Source: Chthoniobacteraceae bacterium (GTDB taxonomy: Bacteria; Verrucomicrobiota; Verrucomicrobiia; Chthoniobacterales; Chthoniobacteraceae). Taken from it: DNA of 52,228 nucleotides. This document shows positions 35,692-47,300 of this stretch, piece by piece. The stretch is from assembly GCA_031409655.1 (NCBI GenBank), contig JANNXQ010000100.1, positions 1 to 52,228 of the forward strand, given 5' to 3'. How positions within the stretch are numbered: the stretch's first letter is position 1; each line of letters begins with the position of its first letter. Below the pieces are notes generated by a model. The model did not search any database and was not told the origin of the DNA. It was given only the letters and a program-made list of their open reading frames with translations. Both the position numbers and the translations under genes were made by a program.

Positions 35692-38600
35692 CTATTTCCG
35701 CGTGCGATCCGCGGCGACCGATTCCACCTGAAAGTCCTCCGGGCTCATGCTCACTCCCTCGCGCCCGAGCACCAGGAAGCTGCTGAAATCAAGCCCCAGC
35801 CGACGGGCGCATTGCTCCCGGAGTTGGGTGGAGCCGTCGATCAAGGAGACGGAAAATTCTACGAGGCCGGCGGCGAGGTCCAGTTCGGGGGAGAGGATGG
35901 CGACGGTCCCGGCAGTGCTGCCGGTGGCGGTGAGGGCGCTTTCCGAGGAGAGGAAATTGTCGGCAACGAGCACGATGTTGCCGCCGACGAGCAGGGCATT
36001 GGCGCTGATCCGGCTATTGGCGAGGATCACGAATTCGGAGTCGGTGAAAATGCTGCCGCCATTGCCTCCGGCTTCGGCGAGCAGTGGCGAATCGGTGAGG
36101 GTGATGCGCCCGCCTGCCTGGAGGCGGATGAGGCCAGCATCACCGCGCGCGGCCTGCACGGTGGCGCCGCTGGCGTCGAAGTCGATATCCGTGGCAGAGA
36201 GGATGGAGACGGTGCCGGCGCCGCTCTCGGCGGAGGTGGTGCGGATGGCGCTCCCGGTGCGCAAGGTGAGCGGTTGGGACACTTCGAGGGTTACGCTGCC
36301 GGCGGCGCCACGACCGAGGGCGGAGGCTTCGATGGCCCCGGCACTTTCCAGGGTCAGCCGCGACGCCGTCACCCAGACGCTGCCGCCGGCACCGCCGCCG
36401 CGGGTGCTGGCCTCGATGCGCCCGCCTGCGCGCAGGGCGAGCCGATCCGCCACCACGCGCACGTCACCACCCGGCCCGCCAGCTCCGGCGGAATTACTCT
36501 CGGCCACGATGCCCGTGACGATGGGCAGATTGCCGCCACTGATCGCCACATCGCGCGCCCGCACCTGCACATCGCCGCCCGCACCTTGTCCGACGGTGGC
36601 GGCGGAAATGCGCGCGCCATCGGAGATCCGCAACCGCTGCGCGACGACCTCGACATTTCCGCCCGGCCCGCCCGCGCCGATGGAGAGGCTCTCCGCGGAG
36701 ATCGCGGAAGGCAGATCGAAGCGGCCCAGGAGAAAGAGGTCGCCTGCTTCCACCGAGACATTGCCGCCGCGGGCGCGGGTGGCGGTATTGGCGGAGATCT
36801 GGCCGCCGTCATAGATGCGCACGATGTCGGCCTGCACGCGGACATTGCCGCCAGGGCCGCTCTTTACGGGACGGGGATAACCCACGTCGCCACCCACGGC
36901 GGAGGCGGCATCGGCGGCGATGCCGGTGAAAAGGGGTGACGTGCCGCGGGCGATGTCCAGTTCGTGGGCGGTCACCGTGGTGTCGCCGGCCGCGCCGAGG
37001 CCCACGGCTTTGGTGGAGATCAATCCGCCCTCCGAGATCCGCACGCGATCGGCAGTCACGCGGACATCGCCGCCCGCGCCCTTGGAAAAAGTATCGGCGA
37101 AGATCCCGGTTGGTTGTTCCCGGCGCGCGGTGCCGGGCGCGCTGATGAAAAGATCGCCCGCCTTTACCTCCACGTCGCCGCCGGGCGCGTCCGTTTCGGT
37201 ATTGGCGCCGATGCTGCCGCTGGCGGTGATGCGCAGGGTGTCCGCTTTGACGCTCACCCGCCCGCCCGGTCCGGTCGTCACCGGCGGGACGGAAGGCAGG
37301 GGCGGGTCTGCGATTCCAAAATCCGGCGCGGTCGCGGCGGATTGACTGGAAAAAATGCCCGTCGGCGCGCCCGATTTGCGACCGTCGATCGAGATCGCGC
37401 GCGCCTCGACGTTCACCACGCCACTCCTCCCGGAGCCATAGCTGGTCGCGGAAATGGTCCCGCCCCCATCGGTTCCGCCAAGCAGCGAGAGGGTGAGCGC
37501 GTGGACATCGACGGTGCCGGCCCGGCCATTCCCGAGAGACTCCGCAGTGATGGAGCTGACGTCGCCCTCGGAACCATCGCCGATGCGGAGCGCGCCCGTT
37601 CGCACGACCACGCGACCGGCGCGTCCATTCTCGGTGGCGCCCTCGGTTGCGACGCTTCCGATGTTGGAACTCTTCTCGAGGCTCAGCGCGCTGGAGCGAA
37701 AGGAGACATCGCTCGCCTGCCCGTCGCCAGTGGCCCGGGTGAGCACGCGGCTCGCCGCCGTGAGCGTGGCCCGCCCGCGCACCTGCACATCGATGCCGGG
37801 GCCGCTCTTCGCCGGGCCTTTTGCGCCAGAGATGATGCGGCTGGAATCCTCGAGCGTGAGCGTGCCTCCGCGGATGACCACCGAGCCCCCCGGTGCGCCA
37901 TCGGTCAGGACGGAGGCTTTGTTCAATCGCACCGCCCCCATCTGCGCGAGCGGCGCGAGGCCGGTGCGCAGTTCCCCGGCGGACTTCACGCTCACGAGTT
38001 CCACGCGGCCGCCGTCGGCCTGCAGCGTCGTGCGGGAGTTGGCGCCTTGCCTGCCGAGCTGGAGTTCGCCGCCGATCAGCGAAAGCGTTTGGCCCGGAGC
38101 GGCAGCGAGCGTGGCACCCGGCTGCACTTCGATGAGGCCGGCCGCGTTGAGGCGCGGATTGCCCGGCGTCGGAGCCAGAAATCCGAAGGCGCTGACGGAT
38201 GCGGAGGTGAGCGTGAGATCGTCCGGTCCGGGCAGCGCGTTGAAGCGCACGCCGTCGTCGAGCGTGAGGTAGCTCGCCGAGGTCGCGGTGAAAGAACCCG
38301 TCACGTCGAGCGTCGCGTCCTGACCAAACATCAAGCCCTGCGGATTCATGAGGAAGAGATTCGCGGCGCAGGAGATCCGGCCTTCGATCCGCGAACTCCC
38401 GCCAGCAGTCACGCGCGCCAGCACATTGCGGATCCCGGCGAGATTCTGAAAGGTGGCCGAGCCTCCGGGCTCGATGTTGAAGCGGGTGAAGCTGTGGAAA
38501 AGATTCGCGCCGACCGCCAATCCCGCAGCGCCGGGGATCGTATAGTCATTGCCGCTACGACCGACTAGGCCGGAGCCGAGCCGCCCGTCCGAGAGCACCT

Positions 38601-38694
38601 CGGCTAAACCGGTCGCGCACCCGAGCGCGGCGAAGCTGGCGATCCACGCCGCGAGTCGGAGTGAGGAAGCACCGATCGGAAAGGACACCCTCAT
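35692..38694 (-). CDS. TpsA-4: haemagglutinin N-terminal domain protein
   Basis: Signal peptide ..ALGCATGLA-EV, GANLFHSFTRF, NVLARVTAG, LMNPQG, conserved C-terminal tail. ATGA overlap with the upstream FG-GAP gene. Confidence 0.88.
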   Translation of the reverse strand: MRVSFPIGASSLRLAAWIASFAALGCATGLAEVLSDGRLGSGLVGRSGNDYTIPGAAGLAVGANLFHSFTRFNIEPGGSATFQNLAGIRNVLARVTAGGSSRIEGRISCAANLFLMNPQGLMFGQDATLDVTGSFTATSASYLTLDDGVRFNALPGPDDLTLTSASVSAFGFLAPTPGNPRLNAAGLIEVQPGATLAAAPGQTLSLIGGELQLGRQGANSRTTLQADGGRVELVSVKSAGELRTGLAPLAQMGAVRLNKASVLTDGAPGGSVVIRGGTLTLEDSSRIISGAKGPAKSGPGIDVQVRGRATLTAASRVLTRATGDGQASDVSFRSSALSLEKSSNIGSVATEGATENGRAGRVVVRTGALRIGDGSEGDVSSITAESLGNGRAGTVDVHALTLSLLGGTDGGGTISATSYGSGRSGVVNVEARAISIDGRKSGAPTGIFSSQSAATAPDFGIADPPLPSVPPVTTGPGGRVSVKADTLRITASGSIGANTETDAPGGDVEVKAGDLFISAPGTARREQPTGIFADTFSKGAGGDVRVTADRVRISEGGLISTKAVGLGAAGDTTVTAHELDIARGTSPLFTGIAADAASAVGGDVGYPRPVKSGPGGNVRVQADIVRIYDGGQISANTATRARGGNVSVEAGDLFLLGRFDLPSAISAESLSIGAGGPGGNVEVVAQRLRISDGARISAATVGQGAGGDVQVRARDVAISGGNLPIVTGIVAESNSAGAGGPGGDVRVVADRLALRAGGRIEASTRGGGAGGSVWVTASRLTLESAGAIEASALGRGAAGSVTLEVSQPLTLRTGSAIRTTSAESGAGTVSILSATDIDFDASGATVQAARGDAGLIRLQAGGRITLTDSPLLAEAGGNGGSIFTDSEFVILANSRISANALLVGGNIVLVADNFLSSESALTATGSTAGTVAILSPELDLAAGLVEFSVSLIDGSTQLREQCARRLGLDFSSFLVLGREGVSMSPEDFQVESVAADRTRK

Positions 38695-41600
38695 CCCGTC
38701 GCCGGACCAAGGAGGGAAGGCAAGGTCCGAAACTGCTCGTCCATGGCTGGATTGACGGACTCGCCATTGATCCTGGGCGCGGTCTTGAATTCCCCCGCGG
38801 CAAAGATGCTGCCCGTGGCCTGGCCGGTGACAACGAGGCTGGCGATCTTGCTCGCGACAGTGCCGAGGCGACCCGAACTGATGTCGTAGCCCGCACCGAT
38901 CACTGCACTGCTGACGTCGCCCGTGATCGTGATCGCACCGATCGAGCCGGTCGCGAGGTTCGTTCCGGCGAGGAGCTGCGTCCGCACGAGATCGCCGCCG
39001 TTGATTTTCAAGCCGCCGATGTCGGTCTTCGCCGCGAAGCGCGAGTCCTCGATCGTGTGACTCGAAGTGATGGCACCGATGCTCCCCACGGTGCTCTCGA
39101 AGGTTGAGTTTTTGATCCCTGTGAGCACCACCGACGAGGTGCTGGCGTCGGCCCGGAGCGCCACGGTGATCTTCCCGATCTGCGCGGCGACGACGCTTAC
39201 ATTTTCGAGGCCGACGGTATCGACCCGAAGTTTCGAGCGGGTCACGGCAAAGCCCGCGAACGGCTGGTCGCCGGTGTCGATGTGGTAGTTTGCGATGACT
39301 CCGCTGCTGGCCTTGATGACGCCGAGCGCGCCGCTCGTGGCCTCGATGCTTTTCGCACTCCCGCCATCGAAGCTGAAGGCCGTGATCTTCCCGATCGCCG
39401 CAGCCGCCACACTGCCGCGGAAAGCATTGGTCAGCGCAAAGTTTTTTATCTCGGAATCCGAGGTGAGCGTGCCCGTGAATTCGCCGGTCACGCTGACTTT
39501 CTTGAGGGCGATGCTCGCCGTCCGCGGAGCCTCCTGGAAAGCGCCGAGGAAGGGCAGGGTATCTTGGCGAAAGGCGTCGGTGAGAAGCAGGCGGTTCAAG
39601 CGCCGCACATCATCGGGGTTCGCGGCGGGGAGGGCCACCAGTTCCGCCGTGTCAGGAGACAAATTCACGGCGTCAAAGTCCGGATCGTCCGCGAGAGAGG
39701 GGCCGTTGAGCAGGCTGTTGAAAGCGCTCAGGAGCACGGTGTTCAGTTGCGTTGCGGTCGCGGCGGGATTGGCGAGGACGCGTTGCCGGGCAGCGCTGAG
39801 GTCATCCCAGACAGCCGCCGCCACGGGATCGGCCTGCGCGAAAAGTGCGGCGGCCAGCGCCGCGGGATCATTGAAATCGGTGGCCCGGAAGGTCTGGGCG
39901 GCGGCGAGTGGTGGCGCTTCCGCGAGGAGCGCGAGATGCAGGGCCGCGGGATCGCGATAGGCATCGCCGAGCAGGAGCCGGTTCAGGCGGATCAACTCCG
40001 CGCCGCGCGCATCGCTCTCCAGCAAGGCTTCGGTCGCCTCCGACAAGGCGATGCCGCGAAAACGGTCAGCCTCGAAAAGCGAAGTGCCGTTGAGCAGTTG
40101 GTTCAATTCTCCAAGCAGGACGGAGCGGGCGTTCTCCGCCAGTTCCGCGCTTGCCCGGGAGGCATCGGTGAGCGCGCGGAGCATTCCCTGCGCAGTGGGC
40201 GAGAGCTGGCCGGCGAGAAATGAAGATACCTGATTGCGGGGAGCAGCCAGCTTCTCGAAGAGCGCGACCGGATCGCGCAGATCGCCCGTGCCGAGCGTCT
40301 GACTCGAGAGTGTGACGCGGCCGGAGAAGGCGCCCTTGAGATTCAAAGTCTTGATCGCGCCCGCGACGATCGACCCCGGAAAATCCGCGGCGCTGAAAGT
40401 GCCGACCGCGCCCTCGGCGGTGAGGATGCCGGCGAAATCGCCGCGGATGCTGACCAGGACGATGCCGGCGCTGGTCAGGTCGCCGACGTGCTCTTTGTCG
40501 ATCTCGATCCCACCCACGAAATCCCCTTCGAGCAGACGGAAGCTGCCGATGCTTTGCGTGGTCCGGATGAAGCCGGGATAAGCCGCGAGTTCACCGGCGG
40601 CATCCCGGCCCCAGCTTTGGACGACTACTTTTCCGAGTCCGCCGCCGCCCCGTCCGGCGGGCTGGCCGTCGCCAAGCACGTTCACCTCGACACCCGGACC
40701 GAGCACGTCCCGGATGGTCAGGTTCGGGCGGTGGTTCAAGGTGTCGGGCGCGGTACTTCCGGGCACGTCGTAGGGCAGGCGATCACCCAAAGCGACGACG
40801 GCGTTCCGGTTCACATCGGCGAGGAGTAGCGTCTTCGCCTTGCCGGTGATGCGGAGCGCCGGGCCTCCCGCCGTGGTGCCATCGCCGAGCAGTACCTTGG
40901 GGCCGAGCTTCACGGAGCCAACATGCCGCGGCGAGCCAGTCTCGTCGTCGGCGAAGACGATGTGGCCGATGGTCGTGCCGCCGGAGCCTCGGGGTACGGT
41001 GATGGTGAGCGTGCTCGTGGGGGTGCTGCGGAGGACCTCGATCGTGCCGACATCGCCATCCAGCGCGAGCGTCAGCCGCACTCGGGCATCGCCGGTGATC
41101 ACGATTTTCACCGGCGTGTCGTTCGCGTCATTGATCGTGATCGAACTGCCCGCTCCCGCGGTGATCGGGATGTCGCCATTCGGGTCGAGCACCATGAAGC
41201 GGCCGACGTTGGCGGTCACGACCTTCGCGGCCTTCGAGCCAAAGACGACGTAGCTTTTCCCGACGCCCACGGGCGTGGCGGGGACGATGCTATCCGCGCC
41301 GATGATCAAGTCCGCGATGCCGTCGCCATTCACGTCTCCAGCGGCGCTGACCGAGCGCCCCGCGTAGTCGGTGGCGGCTTCACCGCTGACCTTGAAGCCA
41401 TTTGCGCCATTGAGCGCCGCGACGTTCAGGCTCGCGCCGAAGCCTGCGGCCCTGCCAAAGACGACGAAGGAAGCGCCGCTCCGGCTGCCATTCGGATCTG
41501 CGCCCGAGGCCCCAAGAAGCAGGTCGGGAAAACCGTCCCCATTCACATCGCCCGCGCCGCTCACGGAACGCCCGAGGAAGTCATCCGCCTTGTCTCCGCT

Positions 41601-44282
41601 GATCCGGAAACCGTTCGTGCCATCGACGGCGGAAAGGTTGAGATTCGCGGCGAAGGGCGCGCCGCGACCGAAGATCACGGAACAGTCCCCGCTATTGCTG
41701 CCACTGGTGTCCGCATATTCCGACGCGACGACGAGGTCCGCAAAGCCGTCACCATTGATGTCGCCCGCGCCGCTGACCGCGCGGCCCGCTTGATCGCCCG
41801 CCGCGGCACCGCTGAGCTTGAAACCGTTGGCACCATTGAGCGCGGAAAGATTGAGCGCGGCGGCAAAGCCCGAGCGCCGGCCGAAGACCACATAGGCCGC
41901 GCCGCTCGAGGTGCCATTCGGGTCCGCCGCCGAGGCGCCGACGAGCACATCCGCGAGACCGTCCCCATTCACATCGCCCGCACCGCTCACCGAGCGGCCC
42001 GCAAGATCGCCCGCCGCCTCGCCGTTGAGTTTGAAACCGTTTGTGCCATTGAGCGCGGAGACGCTGAAGGTCGTCCCGAAGGAGGTCGCTTTGCCAAAGA
42101 TCACGTACGCCGCGCCGCTGTTGCTGCCATTCACGTCGTTCCCATTGGCCCCGATGACGAGGTCATCGAAGCCGTCCCCATTGACGTCGCCCGCGCTTCC
42201 GCCGTAGAGGCCGAAGAAGTCGCCTACGGTCGCGCCAACCAATCTGAAGCCGTTCGTCCCGTTGAGCGCAGAAACGTTGAGATCTGGCGCAAAGCCCGAG
42301 CGCCGGCCAAAGATGACGTACGCCGCGCCGGTGCTGGAAACGGCGTAATTCGCCCCGACGAGAACGTCGTCGAAACCGTCGCCATTGAGATCGCCCGCGC
42401 TGCTCACGGAACGGCCCGTGCGATCCCCGGCCGCTCCCCCCTCGATCCGAAAACCAATCTTCCCGTCGAGCGCCGCGAGGTTGAAGTCAGCGGGGAAACC
42501 CGCGGCTCGGCCAAAAACGACATACGCCGCGCCGCCCTCGGGTCCGCCGGACGGGCCGCTGGTCGCGGCAAACTTCGCCCCGATGATCACGTCGCCAAAG
42601 CCGTCCCCATTCACATCGCCCGCATCGCTCACGGAGTAGCCCGAGTAATCGCCCGCCGCGGCCCCGGTGAGGCGGAAACCGGTGTGGCCGGAGAAGCCTT
42701 GCAGCGCCGAAAGCTGCAGCGTCGCGCCAAAGCCGCCGACCTGGCCGAAGACCACATAAGCCGCGCCGGTCCCGGAAGCATTGGGCGCTCCGACGACGAG
42801 ATCCGCCAGACCGTCGCCATTAAAGTCGCCTCCACCACTCACGGCAAAGCCCGACTGATCTCCTGCCGCCGCCCCGAGCAGCCGAAACCCGCTGGCGCCG
42901 GTGAGCGTCGCGAGATCGAAGGTGGCGGCGAAGCCCGACGCCTTGCCGAAGATCACAAACCCACCGCCGCTCTCAATCCCATTGAGATCCAACCCCGAGG
43001 CTCCGCAGAGCAGATCCGCGAAACCGTCCCCGTTCAAATCACCCGCACCACCCACGGAACGGCCGGTCACCGCGCCTCCTTGCACACCGATTACTTTGAA
43101 GCCGTTGGCGCCGTTGAGTGCGGCGAGGTTGAGATTGGCCGGAAAGCCTGCCTTCTTGCCGAAGATGACGTAGGTCGCGCCACTGTTATTGACCGGGACA
43201 TCGGCGCCCTCAGCGCGCAAGGCGAAGTCCGCAAAGCCGTCGCCGTTGACATCCCCGATCCCGCTGACCGCGCCCCCCGCTAGATCGTTTGCGGCTTCGC
43301 CGCTCAATTTGAAACCAGCGGTGCCGTCGAGTGCCGCGAGGGTCAACGTCGGGGCAAAACGCGACCCTTTGCCAAAGATGACAAAGGCCGCTCCGCTGCG
43401 CGCCCCATTCGGAGACGCGTTTGGCGCGCCGATGAGCACGTCGGCAAAGCCGTCGCCATTCACGTCGCCCGCATCGCTCACGGAAAAACCCGCGGAACCC
43501 CCGGGTTCTCCAACGATCTTGAAGCCGTTGTTTCCGTTCAGCGTCGCGAGGTTGAAATTTGCGCCAAAGCCGCCGCCCTTGCCAAACACCACGTAGGCCG
43601 CGCCAGGATCGGTGCCACCACCGTCCACGTAGTTCCCGACAAGCACATCCGCAAACCCGTCGCCATTGACATCGCCGGCCCCGCTCACGGAAAAGCCTGA
43701 TCGATCGCCGGTCTTTTCCCCGGAAATCTTGAAGCCATTGGCGCCATTGAGGGTGGAAAGGCGAAGGTCGGCGGCGAAGCCAGCCGCCCGGCCAAAGACC
43801 ACGTAGCTCGCGCCGTTTCCCGCTCCGCTGGGGGCAAGATCCGCGCTGACGAGCAGGTCTGCGAAACCGTCTCCGTTGACGTCGCCAGCGCCGCTCACCG
43901 ACACCCCGGAGGAGTCGCCCGCCGCCCCGCCGCTGAGCTTGAAGCCATTGGCACCATCGAGCGAGGAAAGGTCAAAGGTGGCGGCAAAACCTGGCGCTCG
44001 CCCGAAGACGACGTACGCAGCACCGCTGGAGTTGCCGTTCGGGTCAGCGCGCCTGGCGCCGATGATCAAGTCCGCGAATCCGTCGCCATTGACATCGCCG
44101 GCCGCGCGGACCGAGGAGCCTGCATAGTCGCCCGCAGCGACCCCGCGGATCGTGAATCCCTGCGGATTGGCGAAGTCAGAAAGATTCACGACGGGCGCTC
44201 CCGCCGGGGCAATTCGGGTTTCCAGTGGCTCGATCATGAAGGCGACCTCCTCTCCCGGATCGTGAATTTGAACTGCCGACAT
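38691..44282 (-). CDS. FG-GAP (integrin-alpha-type beta-propeller) surface protein 1 with IEPLETRIAPA leader
   Basis: 14 GD(V/L/I/F)NGDG.xD repeats with AYV(V/I)FG strands, then a beta-rich C-terminal region with two helical LNRLLL.DA(Y/F) inserts. Start ATG 44282 or 44237. Confidence 0.9.
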   Translation of the reverse strand: MSAVQIHDPGEEVAFMIEPLETRIAPAGAPVVNLSDFANPQGFTIRGVAAGDYAGSSVRAAGDVNGDGFADLIIGARRADPNGNSSGAAYVVFGRAPGFAATFDLSSLDGANGFKLSGGAAGDSSGVSVSGAGDVNGDGFADLLVSADLAPSGAGNGASYVVFGRAAGFAADLRLSTLNGANGFKISGEKTGDRSGFSVSGAGDVNGDGFADVLVGNYVDGGGTDPGAAYVVFGKGGGFGANFNLATLNGNNGFKIVGEPGGSAGFSVSDAGDVNGDGFADVLIGAPNASPNGARSGAAFVIFGKGSRFAPTLTLAALDGTAGFKLSGEAANDLAGGAVSGIGDVNGDGFADFALRAEGADVPVNNSGATYVIFGKKAGFPANLNLAALNGANGFKVIGVQGGAVTGRSVGGAGDLNGDGFADLLCGASGLDLNGIESGGGFVIFGKASGFAATFDLATLTGASGFRLLGAAAGDQSGFAVSGGGDFNGDGLADLVVGAPNASGTGAAYVVFGQVGGFGATLQLSALQGFSGHTGFRLTGAAAGDYSGYSVSDAGDVNGDGFGDVIIGAKFAATSGPSGGPEGGAAYVVFGRAAGFPADFNLAALDGKIGFRIEGGAAGDRTGRSVSSAGDLNGDGFDDVLVGANYAVSSTGAAYVIFGRRSGFAPDLNVSALNGTNGFRLVGATVGDFFGLYGGSAGDVNGDGFDDLVIGANGNDVNGSNSGAAYVIFGKATSFGTTFSVSALNGTNGFKLNGEAAGDLAGRSVSGAGDVNGDGLADVLVGASAADPNGTSSGAAYVVFGRRSGFAAALNLSALNGANGFKLSGAAAGDQAGRAVSGAGDINGDGFADLVVASEYADTSGSNSGDCSVIFGRGAPFAANLNLSAVDGTNGFRISGDKADDFLGRSVSGAGDVNGDGFPDLLLGASGADPNGSRSGASFVVFGRAAGFGASLNVAALNGANGFKVSGEAATDYAGRSVSAAGDVNGDGIADLIIGADSIVPATPVGVGKSYVVFGSKAAKVVTANVGRFMVLDPNGDIPITAGAGSSITINDANDTPVKIVITGDARVRLTLALDGDVGTIEVLRSTPTSTLTITVPRGSGGTTIGHIVFADDETGSPRHVGSVKLGPKVLLGDGTTAGGPALRITGKAKTLLLADVNRNAVVALGDRLPYDVPGSTAPDTLNHRPNLTIRDVLGPGVEVNVLGDGQPAGRGGGGLGKVVVQSWGRDAAGELAAYPGFIRTTQSIGSFRLLEGDFVGGIEIDKEHVGDLTSAGIVLVSIRGDFAGILTAEGAVGTFSAADFPGSIVAGAIKTLNLKGAFSGRVTLSSQTLGTGDLRDPVALFEKLAAPRNQVSSFLAGQLSPTAQGMLRALTDASRASAELAENARSVLLGELNQLLNGTSLFEADRFRGIALSEATEALLESDARGAELIRLNRLLLGDAYRDPAALHLALLAEAPPLAAAQTFRATDFNDPAALAAALFAQADPVAAAVWDDLSAARQRVLANPAATATQLNTVLLSAFNSLLNGPSLADDPDFDAVNLSPDTAELVALPAANPDDVRRLNRLLLTDAFRQDTLPFLGAFQEAPRTASIALKKVSVTGEFTGTLTSDSEIKNFALTNAFRGSVAAAAIGKITAFSFDGGSAKSIEATSGALGVIKASSGVIANYHIDTGDQPFAGFAVTRSKLRVDTVGLENVSVVAAQIGKITVALRADASTSSVVLTGIKNSTFESTVGSIGAITSSHTIEDSRFAAKTDIGGLKINGGDLVRTQLLAGTNLATGSIGAITITGDVSSAVIGAGYDISSGRLGTVASKIASLVVTGQATGSIFAAGEFKTAPRINGESVNPAMDEQFRTLPSLLGPATG

Positions 44283-44365
44283 ACCAGACAAAAAATCGCC
44301 CCCTATGCCGTGTGCCCGCGAGGGTCGGGTCGCGCGGTCGTGCGCACCGCGTCGCTCGCTCCGAA

Positions 44366-47300
44366 CTAAATCGCGGGTAAGATCGGGAACTGCGGGTCTG
44401 CGCCCAAAACGACCGGCAACCCATTGACCTTGGGTAAGGTTGTGAATTTGCCCGCGGCGAAGGTGTTGCCGCTCGCGGTGCCGGTGATGATGAGGCTGGC
44501 GATCTTACTCGCCAGCCCGCCGACGATGCCTGCCGGTGAAAGCTGGTAACCGGCGCCGATGGCGGAGCCTGAGGCTTTCCCTGTGACTTTGATCGCGCCG
44601 ATCGTTGCCGAAAAGAACGTGTCGGCATCCGCTCCCGCTCCCCCGAGCGCGTGGTCGGCGCCGACATTGACGCCAGCCAGGAAGGTCGCGCCGTCGAGAT
44701 TGCCGGCGGTGATTTGCAGACCGCCAAGATTTGTCCGCGCGAGGAAACTCGAGTCCACCACCGCGTGGCTCGAGGTGATTTTCCCCACACCGGCCACCGT
44801 GCTCACGAAAGCGGAATCTTTGATCCCCGTGAGCGCCACCGTCGGGGTGCTCGGGTCCGCCTTGAGCGACACCGAGATATTTCCGATCTGCGTGGCGACG
44901 ACGGTCACATCGTGGATGCCGATGGTCGGGACGATGAGCTTCGTCCGGTTCACGGAAAAGCCGCCAAAGGTCTGCCCGTCCGCGTCGATGCGGTAGTTCG
45001 CGATGGTGCCGTTGGTGGCCTTGATCATGCCGAGTGTGCCGTCGGTGACGGTGATGCTTTTCTGGCCGAGCGGCAGCGTGCCGTCGAAACGGAAGGCGGT
45101 GATCGTCGCAACCGCATCGGCCGCCACGGTGCCGAGAAAGGCGCTGGTCAGGGCCATGTTTTTGATCGCGGATTCCGAGATCAGCGCGCCCGTGAATTCC
45201 CCGGTGACCTTGACCTTGTCGAGTGCGGGACCGACGGGGTCTGGCGCTTCTTGAAAGGCGCCGAGGAAAGGCCGGGCTGCGTCGCGGAAAGTGTCGCTGA
45301 GGAGGAGCCGATTCAGGCGCACGACCTCTGCGGGGTCTGGCGTCACGAGACCCGTGAGCGCTGCGGTTTCGGCAGAAAGAGCCACGCCGGCGAAACGCCC
45401 GGCGTCGTAGATCGAGGGGCCGTCGAGCAGGCGATTGAAGGCAGCGAGGAGCGTGGTCTGCAGTTGCTTGACGGTTGCCGTGGGGCTGCCCAGCACCCGC
45501 TGCTGGCCAGCGCTGAGGCTGCTCCAGAGAAAGGCGGAGACGGGATCGGCGTGGGCGACCAACTTGGCGGCGAGCGCCGCAGGATCAGGGAAATCGCCGG
45601 CGACAAAATCCTGAGCGGCCGCGAGCGGCAGCGGCTCCTGGAGCAGACCGAGATGGAGCGCGCCGGGATCACGATAGGCATCGCCGAGCAGGAGCCGGTT
45701 CAAGCGGATCAGCTCGGCGCCGCGGGGATCACTGGCCAGCAGGTCGGACGTTTCGTCGGAAAGGACCACGCTGGCAAACCGGGTCACGTTGTGGATGGAA
45801 AACCCATTGAGCAGGCGATTCAATTCCGGGAGCAGGGCGGTCAGGGCGCTGGCCTGTTTCGGTGCGTCTCCTGGTGCTGCCTGCGCGGCGAGCACGGTGG
45901 TCTTCGTCGTGGCAGATAACTCATTCCAGAGGAAAGCAGAGACGGCATCGGTGGACGCCGCGAGTTCACCAAGGAACGCCCCCGCATCGCGAAAATCTCC
46001 CGCACCCAGGGTCTGGCTCGAGAGGGTGACGCGACCGGAAAATGTCCCTCGGAGGTTCAGGGTTTTCATCGCACCTGCGACGATCGACCCTGGAAAATCT
46101 GCGGCGCTGAAGGAGCCAACGACGCCCTCCGCGGTGAGCGTGCCGCCCCAGGCGCCGCGGATGCTCACCAATTGGATTCCCGCAGCAGTCACGGAACCAA
46201 CGTGCTCTTGATCGATCTCGATCCCACCCCCGAAATCTCCCTGAAGCAGCCGGAAGCTGCCGATGCTCTGGGTGGTGCGGACGGAGCCAGGGAAAGCCGC
46301 CAACGCCCCGCTCGCGTCTCGTCCCCAGCTCTTGACGACGACTTTCCCGAGCCCGCCGCCGCCAGTGCCCGCGGGCTGGCCATCGCCGAGCACATTGATC
46401 TCGACCCCGGGCCCGAGGACATTGCGGATGCTCAGGTTCGGGTGGTTGTTTAAGGTGTCTGGCGTCCTCCGGTCTGGCGCGTCGTAGGGGAGCTGTCGGC
46501 CGAGGGTGATGCGGGCGTTGGCGCCCACGTCGGAAAGGACCAGGGATTTCGTCTTGCCGGTGATTTCGAGCGCTGCGCCCGTGCTGAGGGTGCCATCGCC
46601 GAGGATGACGCCGGGACCGAGTTTCACCGCGCCGAAATGTTCGGGCGCGGCGCCGGGTCCGTTCGTGACGAGGATGTGACCGATCGTCGTCCCTTTGTTC
46701 TTCGGTACGCTGATCGCGAGTTTGCTGGCGAGATTGGAGTGGAGGATTTCGAGCGTCCCGATGTCGCCATTCACCGCGAGGGTCACGCGGGCAAAGCCGC
46801 CGCGGGCGACTGCCACGGTCACGGGATCGCCATCCGCATCGCGCACGACGAACCGGCCTCCTGCGCTGACGAACACCGCGGTGGCGGACTTTGCGCCAAA
46901 GACGACATAGCTGGCACCGGTGTTGCCGGCAGCGCCAGACGCGCCGACGAGCAGATCCGCGAGACCGTCGCCATTGAGATCGCCCGCGGGACTCACTGAC
47001 CGGCCGAGTTCGTCGTTCAATGATTCGCCGCTGAGCTTAAAGCCATTGGTGCCATCGAGGGATGAGAGTTTGAGGTCCGTCGCAAACCCCGAGGGTCGTC
47101 CGAAGATCAGATAGGTCGCCCCGGCCTTGCCGTCCACGTTCGTCGCGCCGATGGCAATGTCCGCAAAGCCATCCCCATTCACGTCGCCCGGCCCACTGAC
47201 GGCGCCGCCGAGTTCGTCGTTCGCCGCGACCCCGCTGAACTTCAAACCGCGGCCAGCCGCGAGGGTCGTGACATCGAGCGCCGCGGCAAAGCCCGCAGGC

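Noticed and set aside
10159..38694. Contact-dependent inhibition (CdiBAI) interpretation
   Set aside because: No VENN-type or other pre-toxin motif recognised, C-termini are conserved rather than polymorphic, and no small immunity ORFs follow the tpsA genes.
40923..43283. 786-aa plus-strand ORF and similar long ORFs (4379-5998, 11332-13068, 22875-24764, 24352-26268, 32973-34889)
   Set aside because: All lie antisense to well-supported genes, are Arg/Ala/Gly-rich and have no motifs.
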